A program made the translations under genes and the position numbers. Shown one piece after another: positions 44,350 to 53,894 of a stretch of 64,000 nt of DNA; the first letter of the stretch is position 1; every line of letters starts with the position of its first letter. A model generated the notes under the pieces. That model was not told where the DNA came from, searched no databases, and saw only the letters and a list, made by a program, of their open reading frames with translations. The DNA is from Candidatus Limnocylindrales bacterium (GTDB lineage: Bacteria; Patescibacteriota; Microgenomatia; Levybacterales; UBA12049): positions 20,222-84,221 of the forward strand of contig DATLDE010000012.1 of assembly GCA_035526025.1 (NCBI GenBank), written 5' to 3'.

Positions 44350-45447
44350 ATGAAAAAGTTTCTTTTTCTGATGTCCCTGCTGGTGGTTTTTCTGTTTTTT
44401 GGCTTTAAAGTTGTTCGGCAGAATGTAAAAAATGATCTAGCCGCTCCAGTCTCTCTTCCCTCCCCAACGCCCATCCAGACATCTATTAAAAACGTAAAAG
44501 GAGTTCGTAGCGCGGATATTAAAAAGTCTATTTTTGTGCCTTATTGGGGGCTAAATGGCGAGGATATTGAGGATAAGTACGATAGCTATTTATACTTTGG
44601 AGTAGTCCCGACAAGATCAGGCATAAATAAGAAAGAAGCAGGGTATATAGGTATAGATAAATTTTTAAAAGTAACTCCAAAAAGCTCTGAGAAAAAACTA
44701 GTTATTCGGATGCTAGATCCTGACATAACCTTTCCGGTTTTGAAGGATACCGCAGCACAAAAAGTTGTTATTCGTGACAGCTTAAGGATTGCGATAGAGC
44801 ATGGATTTTCAGGAGTAGTTCTTGATCTGGAAGTTTCTGCGGTTCCATTTGACTCTCTCATTAAGCAGATAAATGAATTTAGCAAATTATTTTATGAGGA
44901 ATCAAAAGATAAAGACTTGGGTTTTGCAATCATGTTTTATGGTGATACTTTTTACAGAATTCGCCCCTTTGACATAAAAGCTTTATCAGCAAATGCGGAT
45001 GAATTTTTAATCATGAGCTATGATTTCAGCAAAAGTCGTGGAAATCCAGGTCCTAATTTCCCGCTTCGGGGTAAAGAAGTTTATGGCTACGATATGACAA
45101 CTATGATTGATGATTTTTCACGATATCTGCCAGATGAAAAGACAACTATTGTCTTTGGTTTATATGGTTATGATTGGGAAGTTGATGACAAGGGGAATGC
45201 AGTTGGAACAGGGGAGGCGAAATCCTATCAAAAAATAAGCAAGGAATTTTTAGGAAAATGTGAATACAAAGAGTGCAGTGTTAAGAGCAAGAATGATTCA
45301 AGGGAAACTGAGATTCGCTATACAGATAGCGAGAATAAAAAGCATATTGTCTGGTTTGAGGATATGGAATCAGTTTCCGCAAAACAGAATTTCTTAAAAG
45401 CAAAGGGGATTAGCAATTTTTCTTTCTGGGCCTACTCGTATTTTTAA
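44350..45447 (+). CDS. Secreted glycoside hydrolase family 18-like protein (degenerate DxDxE motif)
   Basis: Signal peptide; GFSGVVLDLE (GH18 DGxDxDWE-like region retaining D-x-E) and LIMSYDF (MxYD motif). Confidence 0.45.
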   Translation: MKKFLFLMSLLVVFLFFGFKVVRQNVKNDLAAPVSLPSPTPIQTSIKNVKGVRSADIKKSIFVPYWGLNGEDIEDKYDSYLYFGVVPTRSGINKKEAGYIGIDKFLKVTPKSSEKKLVIRMLDPDITFPVLKDTAAQKVVIRDSLRIAIEHGFSGVVLDLEVSAVPFDSLIKQINEFSKLFYEESKDKDLGFAIMFYGDTFYRIRPFDIKALSANADEFLIMSYDFSKSRGNPGPNFPLRGKEVYGYDMTTMIDDFSRYLPDEKTTIVFGLYGYDWEVDDKGNAVGTGEAKSYQKISKEFLGKCEYKECSVKSKNDSRETEIRYTDSENKKHIVWFEDMESVSAKQNFLKAKGISNFSFWAYSYF

Positions 45448-47700
45448 TTACTCAACAATTTCACTTACTTCAACGGCTGTTAAGCCAGTCCTTAACAAAG
45501 GCTTATCAAATACTGGAGGAGCAGGAGTGTAATTTGGTTCCTGATCAAGTTGCCTGAAGTAAAAAACAACGTTTAGGTAATTATCAGGTTCAGGCAAAAA
45601 CGTAAGCGGGAGAATTTGCTCTGAAGTTGCCTGATCGAAAAAGGATATGAATACATAAGGACTGTTAGTCTTGGTCTTGCCAACCCGTACTAGGTCTTTT
45701 ATTTCTTTTTCATTTAATCCAAGTTTTTTAGCATATTCTCTGAGCACTTTTTCTATCTCTGTTTTTTTAGTAATAGATCCGCGGGTAGGGGGATTGAGTT
45801 TCCTTAGGTTTGAAAGATAGTCATAGTTAATGGCTTGATATGAGTTTCCGTTAATCAGCATTTTCCCATTGTTCCCTAGGGTAACATCATAACCGCTATT
45901 GTAAGAAGGTTTATCATTATAAACTGCTGTTAAGATCTGAACTCTCACGTTTTGGCCCTCATTTCCGTATAAATACAGAGGCGATTGGTTGCATTTTCCT
46001 TCTGCTCTGAGTTGGACCCTTCTATCCATAATGCACTGGTTGCGGTTATAGCCCATTATTCCACACTGCTCAAGTGCCAATGAGGTACAATTTACGGTTT
46101 TAGTTAATTTATAGGTCTGACGGGTGGGCACTGGACCTGTGGGAATAGGCGTTGGGATTGGTTTTGTCTGTTGCTCTTGTCTTTTTATAGTTAGAGACGG
46201 TTTGAAAAGAAAGGTTTTAAGTTGAAGATTTTCCTGAGATGGTTTATCTGAATAAAGATCAATAATTGTTACATTGGGATCTGATGGGTTTCCGCCTTGT
46301 GCATATGCTTTCATGCCGAGCACCTTTTGAAAATAATTTGAGGGAAGAGTTGTGACATACTGAAAATGTGTGTCGCTTACCGGGATTCTGAAGGCTTGAT
46401 TAGTTTTGGGATCGAAATTGAAAAGCTGTGTCAGTGATGGCGCGTACACTTCTCCTAAATTCCCTAGGCTTGATGCAGAATCGTCAATTGTTGCAATTAG
46501 ATATTTATCAGTAGTAAAGCTTGAAACAAGGGAATTGGATCCTGGAATTTTCAATCTGTTTGGTTTTTGACTTGTAAGATCGTATCTAAAAAGTCCATTT
46601 TTGTTTTCGATTTTTGAAATTACAGTAATCATAATGTTATTTGACGCTCCGCCCCATTCCGCTGTTGGATAAATGTCATTGTTTGATAGGTTAGTGAGCT
46701 TCCTGCGAGCTAGAGTTGACGTGTCTAGAAGCTCAATTGTGTTAGGAGTTAAAAGAGCCTGGCGAAATCCCTCCGGAGCCGCTTTACCATCACCATTCTT
46801 ACCATCATATCCTGCAAAAACAAGAAACTTTCCATCATGCGATAAGGATGGCTGCGTTCCATAAGAGCCTTCTTTCATTTGGTCCAGTTCCCTCTTATTG
46901 CTGCCTGTAAAATCGGAAACACCCATTCCGTATGCCCAGCCTGCTCCGCCGTTGGGGTCATTTGGCAGGAATTTATCCGTAAATACTTTTCCGTCATTAA
47001 GTATGGCCCGGGGATAATGAATTGGCTCGGTTGCCAGCTCGTCGTACAATAGCTGTTTATTGCCCGGAGTGGATAATTTAACTGCAAATACCCGGGAGCG
47101 GCCACCTTGTAATACTTCAGATCTAGGCGCAAATCTTACTTCCCAAATTACCATGTATTCTTTGTTGGGAGAAAGAATATAGTCATCAATTCCAAATCCC
47201 GGGGAGGCAGTAACTAGTGTCTTTGATGACTTTTCTTTTATCTGAAAACTTGTGATTTGCGTTCCATAATCTCTGTTATCAGTTTGATTAATAAATATCA
47301 AATTTTCAGGGGATAATACGCTGACTTTTTTGATATTAAAAGGGAGAGTTGCGATTTGAGCTGATTTATTTGATAGAAGGTCAATTGATGTTATTACAGA
47401 TTGTTCACCCTTCCACGACCCGTACACAATCGTATTTGAGGTCTTAAATTTCTCGATTATTGCTTGATTTTCTTTTTGTTTTTGGGCTGATGTTTTTGGG
47501 CTTTGCGAGTTTTCCTGTACGGTATTTATCTCATCTTCATTTTTGATAGAAGTTTTTGTTGAAAATAAAAGGATTGTAAAGACAAATATAAGCGCAAGAA
47601 ATACAATACCAGAAGTCAAAAGAATTGTTTTTTTTGAAAATCTCCCGTGTTTAGGGATTGATTCAGGGGATTCTGGGTTAGTTATGTAAGTTTCGGACAT
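45448..47700 (-). CDS. Large membrane-anchored surface protein, beta-propeller (PD40/TolB-like) region + Cys-containing C-terminal domain; paralog A
   Basis: 750 aa; N-terminal TM; LSHDGKFLVFAGYDGKNGDG PD40-like repeats; conserved C-terminal ~200 aa shared with the upstream paralog. Confidence 0.55.
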   Translation of the reverse strand: MSETYITNPESPESIPKHGRFSKKTILLTSGIVFLALIFVFTILLFSTKTSIKNEDEINTVQENSQSPKTSAQKQKENQAIIEKFKTSNTIVYGSWKGEQSVITSIDLLSNKSAQIATLPFNIKKVSVLSPENLIFINQTDNRDYGTQITSFQIKEKSSKTLVTASPGFGIDDYILSPNKEYMVIWEVRFAPRSEVLQGGRSRVFAVKLSTPGNKQLLYDELATEPIHYPRAILNDGKVFTDKFLPNDPNGGAGWAYGMGVSDFTGSNKRELDQMKEGSYGTQPSLSHDGKFLVFAGYDGKNGDGKAAPEGFRQALLTPNTIELLDTSTLARRKLTNLSNNDIYPTAEWGGASNNIMITVISKIENKNGLFRYDLTSQKPNRLKIPGSNSLVSSFTTDKYLIATIDDSASSLGNLGEVYAPSLTQLFNFDPKTNQAFRIPVSDTHFQYVTTLPSNYFQKVLGMKAYAQGGNPSDPNVTIIDLYSDKPSQENLQLKTFLFKPSLTIKRQEQQTKPIPTPIPTGPVPTRQTYKLTKTVNCTSLALEQCGIMGYNRNQCIMDRRVQLRAEGKCNQSPLYLYGNEGQNVRVQILTAVYNDKPSYNSGYDVTLGNNGKMLINGNSYQAINYDYLSNLRKLNPPTRGSITKKTEIEKVLREYAKKLGLNEKEIKDLVRVGKTKTNSPYVFISFFDQATSEQILPLTFLPEPDNYLNVVFYFRQLDQEPNYTPAPPVFDKPLLRTGLTAVEVSEIVE

Positions 47701-47714
47701 GATACTATTTTTAA

Positions 47715-49949
47715 TTATTCAACGATTTCACTAATTTCTATAGCTGTAAACCCTGATCTGTTTATAGGTTTCTCAAAAGTCTGTGGAATTGGTGAATAAT
47801 TAGGTTTTGTATTAAGCAGTTTGAAATAAAACACAACATTTAGATAATTATCTGGGGTAGGGGCAAATGAAAGGGGGAGTATGTTGGTTGATGTTTCGTG
47901 ATCAAAGAAAGATATAAATACGTATGGAGTTGTTACTTTATTCTTTCCTGATTTTACCAAATAATCTGTTTCTTTCGTATTTAGCCCTAATTTTTTGGAG
48001 TATTCTCGAAGAACCCTCTCAACTCCCATGCGTGGCACTATGGTTCCTTTGGTAGGTGGATTTATCCTTCTGAGGTTGGAGCGGTAGTCGTAATTTAGTC
48101 CTTCATAGCTTTGTCCATTGACCAGCATTTTACCCTCTTCTTGGAGGGTTACACTATATCCATCAGAGTATTTTGGTATATCGTTATAAATTGTTGCCTG
48201 CACCCTAACTTTTACCTGTTCCCCAGTTGACCCATATAAATAGAGAGGTGATTTGTTGCATACGGCTTCAGGAGTTCCTTTGGTTGCCCTATTTGCATCC
48301 CACGCTTTGCTATGACAGTCTCTGAATCCATCTGAGTCTTCCTGATAACCCATCGCAAGGCATTGCTCTGTTGCAAGGTCCCGACAGGAAACAGTTTTTG
48401 TAAGAGTCGGAAGGCTGCGTACTGGTGTAGGAGCATTTGGGGTATTTGGAGGAGTTGTTGGTTTTGGGGGTGTACTTTGCTGTTTTTCCCTGACTGGTGC
48501 AAGTGCTGGTTTCATCAAAAATGTTTTAAGCTGGAGATTTTCCTGCGATGGCTTGTCAGAATAAAGGTCAATTATGGTCACATTGGGTTGTCCGGGGTTG
48601 CCTCCTTGAGCATATGCAATCCCTAATACATTTTGAAAATAATTTGACGGGAGTACTGTAATGAATTGCGCCAGAGAATTTCCAAGCCTGATGTTCTGCA
48701 GATCTCCTGTGGTACTGTCTTGAGTATAAAGTGTTGTTAGGGAAGCAGCATATTCTTCGCCAAGATTTGCAAGTGATGATCTTGAATCATCCGATATTCC
48801 AATAAGAGATATGGTTGGTGATAAATTACTGATAAAGGCGTAAGGAGGTTGAGAATTTTCTGGGAGAATAACTTTTTTCAAAGATTTTGAAGAGGTGTTA
48901 TATGTAAATAATCCGCTCTCGCCATCTATTTTTGAAAGGAGGGTTACGATGATACTTCCCGAAAGATTGTCCCAGAAAACATTTGAATATATATTGCTGT
49001 TTGGAAGATTTTCAAGTCTACTTCTTTGAAGCGTTGTTGTATTGAGTAGCTCAACTGTATTGGGAGTCAGAAGAGCCTGACGTATCCCGCCTTTTATAAC
49101 TTTTCCATCTCCAAGTGATCCGTCATACCCTGCAAAAACCAGCGAATTTCCATCAGGAGACAGGAAAGGTTGGGTCCCGTAGGTCCCATGGACCATTGAT
49201 TCGACGTCCTTTTTGTTGCTTCCGTCAAAATCAATAACACCCATTCCGTATGCCCATCCCATGCCTGAACTAGGATCATTTGGGAGGAATTTATCGGTGA
49301 ATACTTTTCCGTTATTAAGTATGGCTTTTGGATAATGGATAGGTGTCGTATTGGCAACCTCATCATAAAGTAAGCGTTTCAGAGATGGGTTAGAAAGATC
49401 CACTGCATAAACCCGAGATCTTCCTCCTTGTAGAATTTCTGACCCGCTTGCAAAGGATACCTCCCAAATGGCCATGAATTTCTTGTTTGGGGAGAGTATG
49501 TAATCATCAATTCCAAATCCATTGTCGGCTGGAATGTTTGCTTTTTCTTTTTTATCTTTTAGCTCATAAATTTTAATTTGTTTTCCGTGGTCACGTATAT
49601 TTGTATCATCAATATAGGCAAGTGAATTGGAATTAAGGACGCTTACTTTTTTGATGCTGATTGGCAAGGAAGCTATAACTGATGAGTTTAGGCTACTCAA
49701 ATCTACAGCAGTGATCTCAGAATTTGAGCCGGTCCAGCTTCCATACACAATTGTATTAGGGGCTATTGGCCTAGTATTACCCGAAGGAGTAGGTCTTTGA
49801 GCTTGGTTTGGATCAACTGGATTACCTGAGTTTGGGTTGTTCCGAACTGTCGTAAAACCTGCAGCGCCTAGAACTAGGACGATAACTATGAATGCAATCC
49901 ACCCCAAGGGGTTTGTGCGGGGAGTTTGGGCAGCCTCGTTTTTATCCAT
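47715..49949 (-). CDS. Large membrane-anchored surface protein, paralog B (tandem duplicate of 45448..47700)
   Basis: 744 aa; collinear similarity with paralog A, e.g. IVYGSWTGSNSEITAVDL vs IVYGSWKGEQSVITSIDL, and C-termini ...GFTAIEISEIVE vs ...GLTAVEVSEIVE. Confidence 0.55.
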   Translation of the reverse strand: MDKNEAAQTPRTNPLGWIAFIVIVLVLGAAGFTTVRNNPNSGNPVDPNQAQRPTPSGNTRPIAPNTIVYGSWTGSNSEITAVDLSSLNSSVIASLPISIKKVSVLNSNSLAYIDDTNIRDHGKQIKIYELKDKKEKANIPADNGFGIDDYILSPNKKFMAIWEVSFASGSEILQGGRSRVYAVDLSNPSLKRLLYDEVANTTPIHYPKAILNNGKVFTDKFLPNDPSSGMGWAYGMGVIDFDGSNKKDVESMVHGTYGTQPFLSPDGNSLVFAGYDGSLGDGKVIKGGIRQALLTPNTVELLNTTTLQRSRLENLPNSNIYSNVFWDNLSGSIIVTLLSKIDGESGLFTYNTSSKSLKKVILPENSQPPYAFISNLSPTISLIGISDDSRSSLANLGEEYAASLTTLYTQDSTTGDLQNIRLGNSLAQFITVLPSNYFQNVLGIAYAQGGNPGQPNVTIIDLYSDKPSQENLQLKTFLMKPALAPVREKQQSTPPKPTTPPNTPNAPTPVRSLPTLTKTVSCRDLATEQCLAMGYQEDSDGFRDCHSKAWDANRATKGTPEAVCNKSPLYLYGSTGEQVKVRVQATIYNDIPKYSDGYSVTLQEEGKMLVNGQSYEGLNYDYRSNLRRINPPTKGTIVPRMGVERVLREYSKKLGLNTKETDYLVKSGKNKVTTPYVFISFFDHETSTNILPLSFAPTPDNYLNVVFYFKLLNTKPNYSPIPQTFEKPINRSGFTAIEISEIVE

Positions 49950-50083
49950 AGTATACTAATATTGTTATGCAATATAGATTCTTTGTCAAGCATTTTTCCC
50001 TCTTGACGGTATAAAAAAAATATTGTATCATTACATTCATCTCATTCTCATTGAGAACTGGGATTTATTTTTTTGTATTAACT

Positions 50084-51268
50084 ATGGCAGACACAAAATT
50101 TAACAGAAGCAAACCACACGTAAACATCGGAACAATCGGTCACGTCGATCACGGCAAGACCACTCTATCTGCTGCAATTGCAACAGTTCTCTCCAAAGCA
50201 GGTGGGGGAAAAGCAATGAAATATGAAGATATCGATAATGCCCCTGAAGAAAAAGCCCGCGGAGTCACAATTAACATTTCCCACTTAGAGTATGAAACAG
50301 AAAAACGCCATTACGCTCACATTGATGCTCCAGGACACGCTGATTATGTTAAGAATATGATTACAGGAGCTGCTCAAATGGACGGAGCAATTCTAGTTGT
50401 ATCAGCACCAGATGGACCTATGCCTCAGACTAGAGAGCACATCCTTCTAGCAAAGCAAGTTGGAGTTCCATCAATTTTAGTTTTTCTTAACAAATGTGAC
50501 ATGGTTGATGATGAAGAGCTTCTTGATTTAGTTGAGATGGAAGTCCGTGAACTTCTTAACAAATACGAATTCCCAGGTGACACAACTCCTATCATCCGTG
50601 GATCTGCGCTTAAAGCGCTTGAAGGTGATGCTGCTGCAGAAGCTGCAATAACAGAACTGATGAAAACAGTTGATGAGTATATTCCAACACCTGAGCGCGC
50701 GCTAGATAAGCCATTCCTGATGCCTGTTGAAGATGTTTTCTCAATTAAAGGACGTGGAACTGTTGTAACAGGAAGAATTGAAAGAGGAGTTGTAAAGGTG
50801 AATGAAGCTGTTTCAGTAGTCGGACTTGATAAAAATAAAGAATCAGTGGTAACAGGAGTAGAGATGTTCAAGAAACAGCTTGAAGATGGACAAGCAGGAG
50901 ATAATGTAGGATTACTTTTGAGAGGACTTGAAAAAACAGATGTTGAACGCGGACAAGTTATCGCAAAGCCAGGAAGCATCACTCCTCATACAGAATTTGA
51001 AGCAGAAGCATATATCCTTACAAAAGAAGAAGGAGGACGTCACACACCTTTCTTTACAGGATATCGACCGCAATTCTATATCAGAACAACCGATGTTACT
51101 GGAACCGCAACTCTTCCAACAGGCGTTGAGATGGTAATGCCAGGTGATAACACAAAAATGACAGTCAAGCTTATTGTGCCAGTTGCTCTTGAAGAAGGAG
51201 TCAGATACGCGATCAGAGAAGGTGGAAAGACAGTTGGAGCAGGAGTTATTACAAAGATTATTAAGTAA
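50084..51268 (+). CDS. tuf: Translation elongation factor Tu
   Basis: [39 protein letters not shown] motifs; start placed at the ATG at 50084 rather than the upstream TTG of the ORF track. Confidence 0.97.
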   Translation: MADTKFNRSKPHVNIGTIGHVDHGKTTLSAAIATVLSKAGGGKAMKYEDIDNAPEEKARGVTINISHLEYETEKRHYAHIDAPGHADYVKNMITGAAQMDGAILVVSAPDGPMPQTREHILLAKQVGVPSILVFLNKCDMVDDEELLDLVEMEVRELLNKYEFPGDTTPIIRGSALKALEGDAAAEAAITELMKTVDEYIPTPERALDKPFLMPVEDVFSIKGRGTVVTGRIERGVVKVNEAVSVVGLDKNKESVVTGVEMFKKQLEDGQAGDNVGLLLRGLEKTDVERGQVIAKPGSITPHTEFEAEAYILTKEEGGRHTPFFTGYRPQFYIRTTDVTGTATLPTGVEMVMPGDNTKMTVKLIVPVALEEGVRYAIREGGKTVGAGVITKIIK

Positions 51269-51281
51269 AAAACTTAATAAG

Positions 51282-51304
51282 AACCCGGGAAACCGGGTTT
51301 TTTG
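51282..51304 (+). terminator. Rho-independent terminator after tuf
   Basis: aacccgg-GAAA-ccgggtt perfect 7-bp stem with tetraloop, followed by a T5 run. Confidence 0.7.
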
Positions 51305-51330
51305 TTCTTTAAAAGTTTGTTAGGAGACAT

Positions 51331-51639
51331 ATGCCGAAAGGAAGAATCAGAGTCAGATTAAAAAGTTATGACGCACGCGTCTTAGATGCTTGTTGTCAGC
51401 AAATTCTTGATTCCGTAATCAGAACAGGCGCCAAAGTTATTGGTCCAGTTCCGCTTCCAACAGACAGATCCCTATACGCTGTAAACAAATCACCTTTTAT
51501 TGACAAAGACGCAAGAGATCATTTCGAAATTAGAGTTCATAAAAGGCTGATTGATATTATGTCGCCAACAGACAAAACTATTGACAGTTTGACAAATCTA
51601 TCACTCCCAGCAGGAGTTGATGTTGAGTTGAAAATGTAG
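51331..51639 (+). CDS. rpsJ: 30S ribosomal protein S10
   Basis: MPKGRIRVRLKSYDARVLD...; SD AGGAG 8 nt upstream. Confidence 0.95.
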   Translation: MPKGRIRVRLKSYDARVLDACCQQILDSVIRTGAKVIGPVPLPTDRSLYAVNKSPFIDKDARDHFEIRVHKRLIDIMSPTDKTIDSLTNLSLPAGVDVELKM

Positions 51640-51755
51640 TTTTAATTTAATAATAGATGCCCAAAACAATTAAATACATGGTAGATCGATTAAAAATGCT
51701 TAAGCTAAGCCACCCCGATTAGAGGGGATCAGATCACAAAGGATTGTGAAATATG

Positions 51756-51787
51756 ATGATAGCCTTAAGGGGTTATCATTTTTTTTT
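51756..51787 (+). terminator. Strong intrinsic terminator/attenuator hairpin 30 nt upstream of rplC, inside the S10 operon
   Basis: atgatagcc-ttaagg-ggttatcat: 9-bp stem (one G.U pair), 6-nt loop, followed by 8 T. Confidence 0.55.
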
Positions 51788-51816
51788 GACGAAAAAACAA
51801 AACAAATAAAATTATT

Positions 51817-52746
51817 ATGATAAGTACACTAATTGGACAAAAATTAAATCAAGCACAGGACTTTTACCAAAATGGCAAAAGAGTCCCTGTCACAGAAATT
51901 GTAGTGTCTGAAAATGTTGTTTTACAAGTTAAAACAACCGACAAGGATTCATATTCTGCTATTCAGCTTGGGTATGGCAACAAGAAAAAGCCGATCAAGG
52001 CTCTGTTAGGGCACTCAAAAAAAGCTGGAGTAAAGCATGCGCCATTAAAAGCTCGGGAAGTATCAGTTAAAGATGTAGCAGAAGACGAGATGCCTAAAAC
52101 CGGTGATTTGATCAAAGTTGACGCTGTATTCAAGCCAGGAGATATAGTCCAGGTTAGCGGAATTTCAAAAGGAAAGGGTTTTGCAGGAGGAGTTAAGAGA
52201 CATGGTTTTAAAGGGGGCCCCAAGACTCATGGTCAGTCAGACAGGCACCGAGCTCCTGGATCAATCGGTCAGGGAACAACTCCTGGAAGAGTATATAAGG
52301 GAAAAAGAATGGCTGGTCGTATGGGTTCTGACACCGTGACGCTTAAAAACTTAACAGTAGTTGATGTGGATGCTGATAATAACAGGCTCTATATCAGTGG
52401 TCTTGTGCCAGGACACAGAAATTCGTTGGTATATGTCACAAAGACTGGTGAGAGAAAAAACTTTGTTCAACTCCTTTCATCATTTGAAAAAGAAGAAGCA
52501 GAGTCAAACGCAGCTGAGGCAAAAGCTGCAGAAGAGGCAGCCAAGGTAGTCGAGGAAGCGCCTGTTGTTGAGACGCCAGCTGAAGAAGCAAAAGTTGATG
52601 AAGCGGTAGCCGAAGAAGCACCAACAAATGAAGAAAAAACTGAAGCAGCAGCAGGCTCAGCTGATGAGAAAGTTGTTGAGGAAGAAAAGCCAGCTGAGGT
52701 AATAGAAGATGCACCTATTGAAAAGGAGGAAAAGAAAGATGCCTAA
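51817..52746 (+). CDS. rplC: 50S ribosomal protein L3 with ~100-aa acidic Glu/Ala/Lys-rich C-terminal extension
   Basis: L3 core (MISTLIGQKLNQAQDFYQNGKRVPVTEIV ... GKGFAGGVKRHGFKGGPKTHGQS) plus an EEAESNAAEAKAAEEAAK... tail. Confidence 0.9.
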   Translation: MISTLIGQKLNQAQDFYQNGKRVPVTEIVVSENVVLQVKTTDKDSYSAIQLGYGNKKKPIKALLGHSKKAGVKHAPLKAREVSVKDVAEDEMPKTGDLIKVDAVFKPGDIVQVSGISKGKGFAGGVKRHGFKGGPKTHGQSDRHRAPGSIGQGTTPGRVYKGKRMAGRMGSDTVTLKNLTVVDVDADNNRLYISGLVPGHRNSLVYVTKTGERKNFVQLLSSFEKEEAESNAAEAKAAEEAAKVVEEAPVVETPAEEAKVDEAVAEEAPTNEEKTEAAAGSADEKVVEEEKPAEVIEDAPIEKEEKKDA

Positions 52747-53548
52747 GGAAAGTTCAAAGTTGAAAGTTCAAAGCGCAAAGCCAAAAAAGCTGCCAGTAAA
52801 GAGCAAAACTGTAGCAGCTAAAAAAACGCCAGTTGTTAAAAAAGAGGCAACAGTTAAAGCTGTCACGCCAGTTGTAAAAGCAAAGGTTGTTGAGAAAAAG
52901 GAAAACTCTCTCTCAATAAGTGTTTATGATCTTCAAGGAAAAGTGTCTGGTAAGGTATCTCTGAGCTCTGAGATCTTTGGACAACCGATAAATAAAAAAC
53001 TTCTCGCACAAGCTGTAAGAGTTTATCAGGCAAATAAAAGACAAGGAAATGCGTCAACAAAAACCAGGGGAGAAGTAGACGGATCAACACGCAAGATTTA
53101 TAGACAAAAAGGAACAGGAAATGCGCGTCACGGATCACTCAGAGCACCTATCTTTGTAAAGGGTGGAATAGTACATGGGCCAAAGCCACGGGATTTTAAT
53201 CTTGAACTCCCAAAAAAGATGAGAAGAAAAGCGCTTTTATCAGCACTTTCCGGAAAATTTGCAGATTCAGAGATAAGAGTTGTGTCAGGATTTGAAAAAA
53301 TTGATGCAAAGACAAAGGGATTTGCAGTAGTTCTTAAGAGCCTTACTCTTGATTCCAAAAAAGGCAAATTGTTACTTATTACACCAGACAGTTTTGAAAG
53401 CGTAAAAAGAGCTTCCGGAAATATAACTGGCGTAAATAGTACCTCAGCAAATAGGCTTAATGCTCTTGAGGTTTTAAGACACAAGAATTTATTGATTGCA
53501 AAAGAATCAATTGCTGAGATGGAGAAATTTTTATTAAAAAATGAATAA
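52739..53548 (+). CDS. rplD: 50S ribosomal protein L4 with ~65-aa Lys-rich N-terminal extension
   Basis: Start ATG at 52739 overlaps the rplC stop (ATGCCTAA), with SD AAGGAGGA upstream. L4 core from ...SVYDLQGK. Confidence 0.85.
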   Translation: MPKESSKLKVQSAKPKKLPVKSKTVAAKKTPVVKKEATVKAVTPVVKAKVVEKKENSLSISVYDLQGKVSGKVSLSSEIFGQPINKKLLAQAVRVYQANKRQGNASTKTRGEVDGSTRKIYRQKGTGNARHGSLRAPIFVKGGIVHGPKPRDFNLELPKKMRRKALLSALSGKFADSEIRVVSGFEKIDAKTKGFAVVLKSLTLDSKKGKLLLITPDSFESVKRASGNITGVNSTSANRLNALEVLRHKNLLIAKESIAEMEKFLLKNE

Positions 53549-53867
53549 TATTAATCAAAACGTAATCATAAAACCAATTGTTACTGAGAAATCAATGCAG
53601 GGAAACTTAGGAAAATACACTTTTTTGGTTGCGCATTCTGCAACAAAAGCTGAGATCAGAAGTGCTTTTAAAAAGTTTTTTTCAGTAAATATCGTTTCGA
53701 TCTCAACAAGCAAGGTAAAGGGAAAAAGAAAAAGAATCGGTGCAAGAAGAGTTGAGGTAAATGATTCATTAACTAAGAAAGCAACAATCCTTTTGAAAAA
53801 AGGTGAAAAGTTATCAATTTTTGAATCAGGAGAAGACAAGAAAGAGAACAAAAAGAAAAAGAAATAA
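53541..53867 (+). CDS. rplW: 50S ribosomal protein L23
   Basis: IIKPIVTEKSM...YTFLVAHSATKAEIRSAF; K-rich C-tail. Confidence 0.9.
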   Translation: MNNINQNVIIKPIVTEKSMQGNLGKYTFLVAHSATKAEIRSAFKKFFSVNIVSISTSKVKGKRKRIGARRVEVNDSLTKKATILLKKGEKLSIFESGEDKKENKKKKK

Positions 53868-53894
53868 TACATTCGGCAAGCTCAGTATAAAATT

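Noticed and set aside
50425-50982. 185-aa minus-strand ORF
   Set aside because: It is antisense inside tuf and an artefact of the stop-poor antisense frame.
52436-52714. 92-aa minus-strand Leu/Gln-rich ORF
   Set aside because: It is antisense to the low-complexity acidic tail of rplC.
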